From contig CAZMIG010000003.1 in the NCBI GenBank assembly GCA_964566285.1, positions 28,654 through 92,653 of the forward strand: DNA of 64,000 bases, in the 5' to 3' direction. The stretch comes from an uncultured Mariniplasma sp. (lineage in GTDB: Bacteria > Bacillota_I > Bacilli_A > Acholeplasmatales > Acholeplasmataceae). Made by a program: the position numbers and the translations under genes. A model generated the notes under the pieces. The model ran no database searches and was not told the origin of the DNA. It saw only the letters and a program-made list of their open reading frames with translations. Positions 11,279 to 19,850 of this stretch are shown one piece after another; position 1 is the first letter of the stretch; each line of letters opens with the position of its first letter.

Positions 11279-11899
11279 ATGTTAAAAAGAGTAGAATTTG
11301 AAGCAAAATCTTTGCAGGATGCTGAAAAGCAAGCTGTTGAGCTATTAAGAATTCAAAAAGATAAGATCAAACTAACTGTTCTTAGGGAAAAGAAGGGTTT
11401 ATTAGGAATAGGAGCTTCTGCAGTTTATGAAGCAACTCCTAATGTTAATTTAGCTGTAGAAGGTAAAATTTATCTAGAAAATATCCTTGAGACAATGGAA
11501 ATAAAAACACGAATGGAAGTTAGAACACTTGCCGATGGTGAAGAAGTTTATTTTCATGTAGAAAGTGATGAAAACGCGTTACTGATTGGCCGTGAAGGTA
11601 GAACACTTTTAGGGATACAATTTATGCTTCGCAATTATTTAAATACATTTGTTGATGGTCATATGATAATTTCACTTGATATTGGCAACTATCATGAAAA
11701 TAGAAAAAAACAATTAGAAATACTTGCTACTAAGACCGCTAAAGAAGTTGCACAAACTAAAATTGCAGTCAAATTAGATCCTATGAATGCTTATGATCGT
11801 AGAATCATTCACACAAAATTAAGTGAGTGGAGAGATGTCATAACTGAATCAGAAGGTGAAGGCGAACATAGAGCGTTAGTTATTAAACCAAAAAGGTAG
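11279..11899 (+). CDS. jag: Jag/KhpB-type RNA-binding protein (Jag_N, KH, R3H)
   Basis: 206 aa. Conserved position after yidC. C-terminal R3H-like MNAYDRRIIHTKL. Confidence 0.85.
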   Translation: MLKRVEFEAKSLQDAEKQAVELLRIQKDKIKLTVLREKKGLLGIGASAVYEATPNVNLAVEGKIYLENILETMEIKTRMEVRTLADGEEVYFHVESDENALLIGREGRTLLGIQFMLRNYLNTFVDGHMIISLDIGNYHENRKKQLEILATKTAKEVAQTKIAVKLDPMNAYDRRIIHTKLSEWRDVITESEGEGEHRALVIKPKR

Positions 11900-11918
11900 T
11901 CATTTGACTACTTTTTTT
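11896..11918 (+). terminator. Rho-independent terminator after jag
   Basis: Stem GTAGTC/GACTAC around loop ATTT, followed by T7. Overlaps the TAG stop. Confidence 0.55.
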
Positions 11919-11987
11919 ATCTTTTGATGGCTCGACTATCTATCATTCGAGTGGTATAATATAATCAAGTCAATAATAGGTGAAAGC

Positions 11988-12938
11988 ATGTATAGTCTTT
12001 TAAGAATCAGAATAAAAACTAAAAAGAAAAGAAGAATTACGATAGTTAAAACTATCATTTTTCTCCTTTTAATTATTCCCGGACTATTCATTTACGGATT
12101 TGGAGTTGCTCTATCAGAGAATATCAAAGTAAATCACGAAATAGAAGAATTTAAGAATAGAGCAAACGGAATATATATAGAAGAAGTATTCGATTATAAC
12201 GGAATAGACCAAGTAAGAAGGTATTATGAGGTTTCACGTGAAACATCTTATGAGCTTGGGGATACACGTAGTGTATACTATAATGACACAAGAACATATT
12301 TAGGGAAAAAAGGCGATATTTTTGTTGCTCACGACTCACCATTCCCTGATGTACCCGTTATTCATCAATTTATTTCTTATTATTTTGGTGGACATGCGGC
12401 AATTAACAATGGGGAAAATAAGTTCATTGAAGCTACAGGGTTTCCTGGAGATGATGAAACGCTGTTACAAATTATATTCCAGCCCGGTAACGAGCCTAAC
12501 GACCATGGGACAAAAGTCCATTCAACAAGTACGAATTATTGGTTGAATCCTAAATATAGAACACCCAGCGATGATGCTTACCCTTACTATGGACCAAACT
12601 ATCGTACGAATTTCGTTGGATTAAGAGTTAAGGATATCACGAGTGATCAAATTGATGGTGTTGTTGAGTTTGCAAATGACCAGATAGATTGGGCACTATA
12701 TAACTTCACTTTTTTCTTAGATATGAAGTATAAATTTTATTGTACTGATTTAGTCAGTAGAGCATATCAATCAGTTATGGTTGACGAAGAAGATCAACGG
12801 GATTATGCAAGGGCACTTAATGATGATAAATTTATCACTTCGGTAAATGACATCATTCTATCGAAAGAAACATATATGATTTTTTATGTCGAGATTGTAG
12901 ATGGAATAACGAACATCTATTATCTTGAAGATATGTAA
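11988..12938 (+). CDS. Membrane-anchored YiiX-like permuted papain/NlpC-P60 superfamily protein (putative)
   Basis: 316 aa with an N-terminal TM helix. The order GDIFVAHDS...GGHAAINNGENKFIEATG...KFYCTDLVSRAYQ (His before Cys) fits the permuted papain-fold family. Judged by eye only. Confidence 0.5.
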   Translation: MYSLLRIRIKTKKKRRITIVKTIIFLLLIIPGLFIYGFGVALSENIKVNHEIEEFKNRANGIYIEEVFDYNGIDQVRRYYEVSRETSYELGDTRSVYYNDTRTYLGKKGDIFVAHDSPFPDVPVIHQFISYYFGGHAAINNGENKFIEATGFPGDDETLLQIIFQPGNEPNDHGTKVHSTSTNYWLNPKYRTPSDDAYPYYGPNYRTNFVGLRVKDITSDQIDGVVEFANDQIDWALYNFTFFLDMKYKFYCTDLVSRAYQSVMVDEEDQRDYARALNDDKFITSVNDIILSKETYMIFYVEIVDGITNIYYLEDM

Positions 12939-12949
12939 GGAGGTTTCAG

Positions 12950-14116
12950 ATGATTGATTATATTATTATCGGTTTACTTGTTATCATCATATTTGTTGCA
13001 GTATATGCTACTTTTATATTTATAAAATATAAAGAGAGTAATTTTAATGGTATATCAGGTGACCAAAAGGATGCAAATAATGAATTAAAACTATATTTCC
13101 AAAAGGAATATGGAGATTTAAAGTTTGAAATGGGAAAGCTTTTTAGTGAATCCAATAAAACCGGACAAACTGATTTAAATGCTTTTAAAGACCATATGAT
13201 GCAACATATAGACGCTCAAATGAAACAAATTAATGATAAAGTTGAATCCAGATTGGGTAAAGGATTCGAAGAAACCAATAAAACATTTATTAATGTCATT
13301 GAACGCTTAAGTAAAATTGATGAAGCACAGAAGAAAATTGAAAGTCTTTCTAGTGAAGTTATTACCCTAAATGATTTACTTACAGATAAAAAAACTCGAG
13401 GTATTTTTGGGGAAGTTCAACTCTATCAATTATTATCAGCTATATTAGGTGAAAATAAACAACTATATGAAAAACAAAAGCTGATGTCTAATGGCAATAT
13501 TGCTGATGCTGTTGTTCACGCACCTGAGCCACTAGGAATGATTGCAATTGATTCAAAATTCCCTTTAGATAATTATAAGAGAATGGTGGATCGTTCTTTA
13601 GGTGATGCAGATAGAAAAACAGCAACAAAAGACTTTAAAAATGATATTAAAAAGCACATTAACGATATTGCTAGTAAATACATAATATTAAATGAAACTG
13701 CTGACCAAGCATTTATGTTTGTTCCAGCCGAAGCAATATTTGCTGAAATTACAGCATATCATGAAGATCTAATTGAATACGCAACAAAAAATAAGGTATG
13801 GATGGCATCACCGACCACTCTAATTTCAACACTGTCGATGATTCAAATGGTTGTCAAAAATATCCAAAGAGATGATCAAGCAAAAGTAATAATTCAAGAA
13901 CTTATCAAATTAGGGGAAGACTTTAGAAGATACAGTGAAAGATGGGATAAACTTAAAAGATCAATTGAGAGTGTATCCAAAAATGCTGATCAAGTATCCA
14001 TTACTACATCAAAGATTAGTGCGAAATTTCAGCATATTTCAGAGGCCAAATTCGATGAAATTGAAGATGACGATGTGATTGAAATTGAGGATGAACCCAT
14101 TGAAGAACTTGATTGA
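12950..14116 (+). CDS. rmuC: DNA recombination protein RmuC
   Basis: 388 aa. N-terminal TM, coiled coil, and a RmuC-like core (TRGIFGEVQLYQLLSAILG, AFMFVPAEAIFAEI). Confidence 0.85.
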   Translation: MIDYIIIGLLVIIIFVAVYATFIFIKYKESNFNGISGDQKDANNELKLYFQKEYGDLKFEMGKLFSESNKTGQTDLNAFKDHMMQHIDAQMKQINDKVESRLGKGFEETNKTFINVIERLSKIDEAQKKIESLSSEVITLNDLLTDKKTRGIFGEVQLYQLLSAILGENKQLYEKQKLMSNGNIADAVVHAPEPLGMIAIDSKFPLDNYKRMVDRSLGDADRKTATKDFKNDIKKHINDIASKYIILNETADQAFMFVPAEAIFAEITAYHEDLIEYATKNKVWMASPTTLISTLSMIQMVVKNIQRDDQAKVIIQELIKLGEDFRRYSERWDKLKRSIESVSKNADQVSITTSKISAKFQHISEAKFDEIEDDDVIEIEDEPIEELD

Positions 14117-14141
14117 CAAAAATATAAATTAAAGTTATAAT
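14113..14141 (+). promoter_or_regulatory. Sigma-A type promoter for the asnS leader
   Basis: TTGACA (14113-14118, overlapping the rmuC TGA stop), 17-nt spacer, TATAAT (14136-14141). Confidence 0.65.
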
Positions 14142-14386
14142 AGTTAAGAAATCGATGAAGAGAGAGTAACTTTCAATTGTGATGAAAGCGATCTGGGGAT
14201 AGTGTAAGCCCGGGCATACCAATGAAAGGGAAAAACACTTGGAGAGATAGAAGAAATCCTATGGAAATTAGACCTATCCGTTACCCTGCGTTAAAGGACT
14301 CAAGGGCTAGAAAGATTATTTTCTAGAACTAAGGTGGTACCGCGTATTTTTACGTCCTTAGAATATTCTGAGGACGTTTTATTTTT
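14142..14386 (+). promoter_or_regulatory. T-box riboswitch leader (tRNA-Asn responsive, putative)
   Basis: Stem I elements (GAAGAGAGAGTAA) are present. The conserved T-box sequence AAGGTGGTACCGCG is at 14331-14344. Terminator hairpin ACGTCCTTAGAATATTCTGAGGACGT (14352-14377) is followed by a T-run. The candidate specifier AAC lies in GGGAAAAACACTTGG (about 14229-14243). Confidence 0.8.
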
Positions 14387-14432
14387 AGTGACATAGCAGC
14401 TTTATTAAGGTATATTTAAAAAGGAGTTTATC

Positions 14433-15824
14433 ATGGAAACTACAGTAAAAAGTATTTACAGAACAACTGAATCTTTACTGAAAAAAGAACTGATTTTATA
14501 TGGCTGGGTTAGAAATAATCGGGCACAAAAAGAGTTTGGTTTCATCAACTTTCATGATGGTACATTTTTTGAAAGCATTCAAGTCGTTTACGAGGATGCA
14601 AAACTCGATAATTTTAAAGATGTTCAAAAGATTAGAGTGGGAAGCTCAGTTGAAATTATAGGAGAATTGATTCTCACCCCTCAAGCAAAACAACCTTTTG
14701 AAATCAAAGCAACCTCAATCGTTCTTTTGGGAGATTCAGATGAAGATTATCCAATTCAACCTAAAAGACATTCGAGAGAGTTCTTAAGAGAGGTTGCACA
14801 TCTGCGCGCAAGAACTAACCTTTTTCATGCTGTTTTTAGATTAAGAAGTATTGTATCATTTTCAATTCATGAATTTTTTCAAAAACAAGACTATATTTAT
14901 GTCCATACACCCATTATTACTAGTAACGATGGGGAAGGTGCCGGACAAACGTTTAATGTGTCTACGCTACCCTTGGATGACCTTCCATATAATGATGAGA
15001 AAGAGATAGACTTTAAAAAAGACTTTTTTGGTAAAAAAACTAATCTAGCTGTAACTGGTCAATTAGAAGCGGAAGCCTATGCGCTTGCTTTTAAGAATGT
15101 TTATACTTTCGGTCCAACATTTAGAGCAGAAAACTCAAATACACAACGCCATGCATCAGAATTTTGGATGATTGAACCTGAAATTGCCTTCGCCGATTTA
15201 AATAAGGATATGGAAGTTGCAGAAGCAATGGTAAAATACATCATAAAAGATGTATTTGAAAAAGCTCCAGAAGAAATGGCATTCTTTAATAAATACGTTG
15301 AACCTGGACTTTCGCAGCGCCTACTTCATGTTTTAACGCAACCTTTTGCAAAAGTTACACATAAAGAAGCGATCAATATACTATTAGATAGTAAGGAAAA
15401 ATTTGAAAATATACCAAAACAAGGCCAAGATATTAATACAGAACATGAAAAATATTTAACAGAAAAACACTTTAAAAGACCTGTGTTTATTACAGATTGG
15501 CCAAAGAATATCAAGGCTTTCTATATGAGATTAAATAGTGATGAAGAAACTGTTGCAGCAATGGATTTACTCGTCCCTGGCAGTGGTGAACTTATTGGAG
15601 GATCCCAAAGAGAAGAAAGAATGGATTTTCTTATAAAACGTATGGACGAAATGGGTATTCCTAAAGAGGATATGCAATGGTATCTTGATTTAAGAAGATA
15701 TGGTGGGTGTATCCACTCTGGGTTTGGATTAGGTTTTGAAAGACTTATCATGTATTTGACCGGTGTTGAAAACATAAGAGACGTGATTCCTTTCCCAAGA
15801 ACACCTAAAAATTGTGAATTTTAA
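14433..15824 (+). CDS. asnS: Asparaginyl-tRNA synthetase
   Basis: 463 aa. N-terminal OB (GWVRNNRAQKEFGFINFHDGT), class II motifs FRAENSNTQRHASEFWMIEPE and GFGLGFERLIMYLTGVENIRDVIPFPR. Confidence 0.93.
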   Translation: METTVKSIYRTTESLLKKELILYGWVRNNRAQKEFGFINFHDGTFFESIQVVYEDAKLDNFKDVQKIRVGSSVEIIGELILTPQAKQPFEIKATSIVLLGDSDEDYPIQPKRHSREFLREVAHLRARTNLFHAVFRLRSIVSFSIHEFFQKQDYIYVHTPIITSNDGEGAGQTFNVSTLPLDDLPYNDEKEIDFKKDFFGKKTNLAVTGQLEAEAYALAFKNVYTFGPTFRAENSNTQRHASEFWMIEPEIAFADLNKDMEVAEAMVKYIIKDVFEKAPEEMAFFNKYVEPGLSQRLLHVLTQPFAKVTHKEAINILLDSKEKFENIPKQGQDINTEHEKYLTEKHFKRPVFITDWPKNIKAFYMRLNSDEETVAAMDLLVPGSGELIGGSQREERMDFLIKRMDEMGIPKEDMQWYLDLRRYGGCIHSGFGLGFERLIMYLTGVENIRDVIPFPRTPKNCEF

Positions 15825-15896
15825 TTGAAAGTGGACTATGTTGAAAATTATTCATAACATAGTTAGAAGTATTGATTATTTGATAAAAATATGAAC

Positions 15897-15919
15897 AAAA
15901 CACCTATTTAGGTGTTTTT
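15897..15919 (+). terminator. Rho-independent terminator after asnS
   Basis: AAAACACCT ATTT AGGTGTTTTT. Confidence 0.65.
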
Positions 15920-15952
15920 CTTTATATTTAATGTACTTTCATAACTCTTTCA

Positions 15953-15981
15953 TTGACAAAGCATATTTAACATACTATAAT
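15953..15981 (+). promoter_or_regulatory. Sigma-A type promoter for the ABC/nuclease operon
   Basis: TTGACA (15953-15958), 17-nt spacer, TATAAT (15976-15981). About 285 nt upstream of the first CDS. Confidence 0.55.
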
Positions 15982-15991
15982 TTAATTACCC

Positions 15992-16007
15992 ATAAAAGCG
16001 CTTTCAC
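15992..16007. promoter_or_regulatory. cre-like / LacI-family operator-like palindrome
   Basis: ATAAAAGCGCTTTCAC has a central AAGCGCTT palindrome and about 14/16 matches to WTGNNARCGNWWWCAW. It lies about 10-25 nt downstream of the -10 box. Confidence 0.35.
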
Positions 16008-16267
16008 ATTTTTTGTTTGAAAAAAGTGTGTAAAATTCATTGCTAACATGCGAATCCTAATTGTTTTTTCCAGTTTATTATTATATAATAGACCTGATGA
16101 GGTGAGTAGTGTATGCCAGCATTGCAATTTACCATTCGAACAACTATATGCGAAACAAATACTATCGTTTTTTTCGTATCAAAACTTTAAAGTGCTTTTG
16201 GGATACCATCAGTACTTTTATTTTTTCAAAAAAAGAAAAAAATATTACATAAGGAGTAGTAAACTAC

Positions 16268-17320
16268 ATGGAGATTAGATTAGAAAATTTAACCAAAGTC
16301 TTTACCGATAAAAACGGCAAAGAAACCAGAGCTGTCGATGATTTAACCATTACAATTCCCTCAGGTAAGTTAGTTGGCTTATTAGGACCATCGGGATGTG
16401 GGAAATCAACAACTCTTTTTATGATTGCGGGTTTATTTAAACCATCAGGAGGAAAAATTTATTTTGGTAATGACGATGTTACTCGTCTTGCTCCAGAAAA
16501 AAGAGGAATTGGCTTAGTTTTCCAAAACTATGCGCTTTATCCTCACATGTCAGTACGTCAAAATATTATGTTTCCGCTTGAAAATTTGAATATAGGACGC
16601 GCTGAAGCCACAGTACTTGTTGAAGATATGGCTAAACTTGTTGGTATTAGTGATCAACTTGATAAGAAACCATCACAATTATCTGGTGGACAACAACAAC
16701 GTGTTGCTATTGCGAGAGCGTTGGTCAAAAAACCTCGAGTTTTATTATTGGATGAACCTCTATCTAACTTAGATGCAAGACTTCGTCTTCAAACAAGAGA
16801 AGAAATCAAACGTATTCAAAGAGAAACGGGTATTACAACGATATTTGTAACCCACGACCAAGAAGAAGCCATGAGTATCAGTGATAAAATGGTTGTTCTT
16901 GACTTTGGTGTACAGCAACAAATGGATATTCCTCAAGAAATGTATACTAAACCTGATAATTTATTTGTTGCTAAATTTTTAGGTAGCCCTCCTATCAATA
17001 TTTTAGAAGGAAAGATTGAAAATGGTAAAATAATCGTTGCCGATAACGTCGTTATTGGTTCAAAAGAAATTAAAGATGGAATTTATGACTTAGGCATTCG
17101 TCCTGAAGATTTTAAGTTCGATGTTAATGGATTTGAAGTCAATACAAAGGATATTGATCACACAGGTAGAGATACAATGATTCGTTTCCCAATGGGAGAT
17201 GTCATTGTCAGAGCACTTGTTGATTCAGATAGCGTTTATGGAAAAAAATCGATCAAATTAAGTGTTAAAAAAGATAAAATTCATGTATTTGAAAAAGAAA
17301 CAGGACATGTGGTTCTATGA
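16268..17320 (+). CDS. ABC transporter ATP-binding protein, CUT1 (MalK/MsmX/UgpC) type
   Basis: 350 aa. Walker A GPSGCGKST, signature LSGGQQQRVAIARAL, Walker B LLLDEPLSNLD, and a C-terminal MalK-like regulatory domain. Confidence 0.92.
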   Translation: MEIRLENLTKVFTDKNGKETRAVDDLTITIPSGKLVGLLGPSGCGKSTTLFMIAGLFKPSGGKIYFGNDDVTRLAPEKRGIGLVFQNYALYPHMSVRQNIMFPLENLNIGRAEATVLVEDMAKLVGISDQLDKKPSQLSGGQQQRVAIARALVKKPRVLLLDEPLSNLDARLRLQTREEIKRIQRETGITTIFVTHDQEEAMSISDKMVVLDFGVQQQMDIPQEMYTKPDNLFVAKFLGSPPINILEGKIENGKIIVADNVVIGSKEIKDGIYDLGIRPEDFKFDVNGFEVNTKDIDHTGRDTMIRFPMGDVIVRALVDSDSVYGKKSIKLSVKKDKIHVFEKETGHVVL

Positions 17321-18375
17321 AAGATTTTAAACATAAACTGAGGGATTTTCTTTGGAGGGCCAGAAATACCATCCATGTGTCTTCAGTCAGAACAAATGAG
17401 TTCTTTCAAAGACATCATTTAGGATTTATCACAAGGTGGCCAGGTTGGTTAAAAGCAATTTTTTATCTAGCTCCAGCGTTGACATTATTAGCAATATTCA
17501 CTTTTTACCCAATATTTAACTCATTTTTAATCTCATTTTATACCGGATATAACATTCAAACTGGTGAATTTGATGGTTATACATTCTTGGGTAACTACGC
17601 TGTTGTTCTACAGCATGCAAACTTTAAACAAGCTGTTCTAAACACAGCAATTATCGTTTTCGTGTCAGTTCCTATAACAATTATTGTTGGTCTATTAATT
17701 GCAGTAGCTTTAAACGCAGTTAAGCCATTGAAGAGTTTTTATCAAACCGTATTCTTTTTGCCCTATGTTACAAATACAATCGCTATTGGTTTGGTCTTTG
17801 CATTCATATTTAGTGGGAATACAAACACCATTGCAAATCCTGTCGGATTAGGGCTGGCAAACCAAGTAATTACTTTATTTGGAGGGAAACCCATAGCATG
17901 GGTAGCTACAGGTGCGACGTATTGGTCTGCAATGTCGGTTATTCTTGTTTATAGTGTTTGGAATGGACTTGCATTTAAGATTATCGTCTTTTTGGCAGGT
18001 ATCCAAGGCATTGATAAACAATATTACCAAGCAGCACAAATTGATGGAGCAAGTAGATCTAAATCATTTACTCGAATTACTGTTCCATTGATATCACCTA
18101 TGATTTTCTATATTTTAATTACTTCCGTTATTGGATCGTTTAAAACGTATTCATCTGTTGTAGCTATTATTAATCGTGAAGGTTTAATTACAACAGGTGC
18201 ACAGGGATCCATTAATTTAAAAACAATCGTTTTCTATATTTACGATTATATTGGTGGGGCAGCACTTAACGGTGTTATGTCATATGCTTCTGCAGCTGCG
18301 ATTATTCTCTTCGCAATCATACTGGTCTTTACGATAATCCAACTTCAAGTTGGTAAACGTAGAGTTCATTACTAG
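17317..18375 (+). CDS. ABC transporter permease (MalF/UgpA-like)
   Basis: 352 aa, multi-TM. EAA loop YYQAAQIDGASRSKSFTRITVPL. ATGA overlap with the ATPase stop. Confidence 0.88.
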   Translation: MKDFKHKLRDFLWRARNTIHVSSVRTNEFFQRHHLGFITRWPGWLKAIFYLAPALTLLAIFTFYPIFNSFLISFYTGYNIQTGEFDGYTFLGNYAVVLQHANFKQAVLNTAIIVFVSVPITIIVGLLIAVALNAVKPLKSFYQTVFFLPYVTNTIAIGLVFAFIFSGNTNTIANPVGLGLANQVITLFGGKPIAWVATGATYWSAMSVILVYSVWNGLAFKIIVFLAGIQGIDKQYYQAAQIDGASRSKSFTRITVPLISPMIFYILITSVIGSFKTYSSVVAIINREGLITTGAQGSINLKTIVFYIYDYIGGAALNGVMSYASAAAIILFAIILVFTIIQLQVGKRRVHY

Positions 18376-18388
18376 GAGGGAGAGCAAG

Positions 18389-19798
18389 ATGAAAAGAATT
18401 ACTAAAAAAATTAAAAAGCTTGATTTAATTGCTACTCTCATTGATTTAGTTTATGTATTTGCAGGTTTAGCACTCATTTCATACTTCTTTATTATTCTAA
18501 AAGAACCTCAATTCATTACAGAAGTTATTAACACAACATATAACGTTATGGGCATTACAATAACGTCAGCTCAACTTAATGCTGGCATTAGTATCCTAGT
18601 TGGATATCTTGTTGTATTTATTCCACTCATCGTTTCTCATTCCAAACGTATTAGAAACAAAGACGATATCGAAATGGATGAATGGACATATAGAACACAA
18701 TACCTTTATATGTTTATGAGTTTATTTACGCTAAACCCATTCAGCGCCTTTGTTCGTTATTTAATGGCTACTGAAATTCTGGAAACAGTTCAAGGGTATG
18801 GATTTGTTCAAGCAACGAAAAATGTTTTTATAACGCTCAAAGACCTTCTCACAGGAAAAACTTTCAAACGTATTAAAGAAAAAAGAGAGCACAGAAAACT
18901 TCAATCTGAATCTCAAGCTGACCTTGAAAAAATCAGTAGACAAGATTTAGTTGTTAAAGTTCTTGTCATGGTTGCAACTTATACTTTCTTGACAATGATT
19001 GCTCTATTCATCTTTATTCCATTTTATTGGATGATGATTACAGCTTTAAAAACTCATCAGGAATTATCAAATGCAATCACTCCACGTATGTTTGTAGGTA
19101 TTTCTGAAATGCAATGGGTAAACTTTAAAGTTGCATTAACACAATTTAATTTCTACAGATATATTCAAAACACAATCGTTGTTGGTATATTGTCGATGAT
19201 TGGTACAGTTATAACAACAATACTTGCAGCATTTGCATTTTCGAGATTAGATTTCAAAGGCCGTGAGTTTATTTTCTCAGTTCTATTAATGACAATGATG
19301 ATTCCAGGAGAACTATATACGATTACAAACTATATTACTGTTAGAAATCTTGGTTGGTATGATAGTTTCTACGCATTAATATTTCCATTCATGACAAGCG
19401 TATTTTATATTTTCTTCCTTAGACAATCATTTAAACAAATTCCTGACACACTCTACCGAGCGGCTCAGGTTGATGGCTGTGGAGATTTTAAATATTTAAG
19501 ACGCGTTATGATTCCAATTGCAAAACCAACAATTATTACAATTACAATTTTAAGTGCTATTGGTGCATGGGATGCATATATTTGGCCACAATTAGTTGCT
19601 CCATCACAGGAACATTGGCTAATTTCGGTCGCCTTAAGAAGTACAAGTTTTGTTACAGGTGAAGGTTCTGATGCACGACCAGTATATAACTTACAGCTGG
19701 CTGCAATTGCACTAGTCACCGTTCCACTCCTCATTATTTTCTTCTCACTTAAGAAATACATTATTAGAGGCGTTGGAAGAAGCGGAACGAAAGGTTAA
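18389..19798 (+). CDS. ABC transporter permease (MalG/UgpE-like) with an approximately 200-aa N-terminal membrane extension
   Basis: 469 aa from ATG 18389 (RBS AGGAGGGAG). EAA loop LYRAAQVDGCGDFKYLRRVMIPI. Extra N-terminal hydrophobic helices plus a charged linker KRIKEKREHRKLQSESQADLEK. Confidence 0.85.
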   Translation: MKRITKKIKKLDLIATLIDLVYVFAGLALISYFFIILKEPQFITEVINTTYNVMGITITSAQLNAGISILVGYLVVFIPLIVSHSKRIRNKDDIEMDEWTYRTQYLYMFMSLFTLNPFSAFVRYLMATEILETVQGYGFVQATKNVFITLKDLLTGKTFKRIKEKREHRKLQSESQADLEKISRQDLVVKVLVMVATYTFLTMIALFIFIPFYWMMITALKTHQELSNAITPRMFVGISEMQWVNFKVALTQFNFYRYIQNTIVVGILSMIGTVITTILAAFAFSRLDFKGREFIFSVLLMTMMIPGELYTITNYITVRNLGWYDSFYALIFPFMTSVFYIFFLRQSFKQIPDTLYRAAQVDGCGDFKYLRRVMIPIAKPTIITITILSAIGAWDAYIWPQLVAPSQEHWLISVALRSTSFVTGEGSDARPVYNLQLAAIALVTVPLLIIFFSLKKYIIRGVGRSGTKG

Positions 19799-19850
19799 TT
19801 ATAAGATATTAAGATTGAAAAAGACTAATAAATATATTTGGAGGAAAAAA

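Noticed and set aside
16080-16260. Purine or 2'-deoxyguanosine-type riboswitch in the ABC operon leader
   Set aside because: I tried to find the P1/P2/P3 three-way junction and conserved loop sequences and could not. I left it as an unexplained long leader that needs a covariance-model scan.
16048-16278. 76-aa ORF in the leader of the ABC operon
   Set aside because: It has no RBS, its composition is low-complexity and Phe/Tyr/Lys-rich as expected from AT-rich non-coding DNA, and it overlaps the well-supported ATPase start. I treat it as part of a 5' leader.
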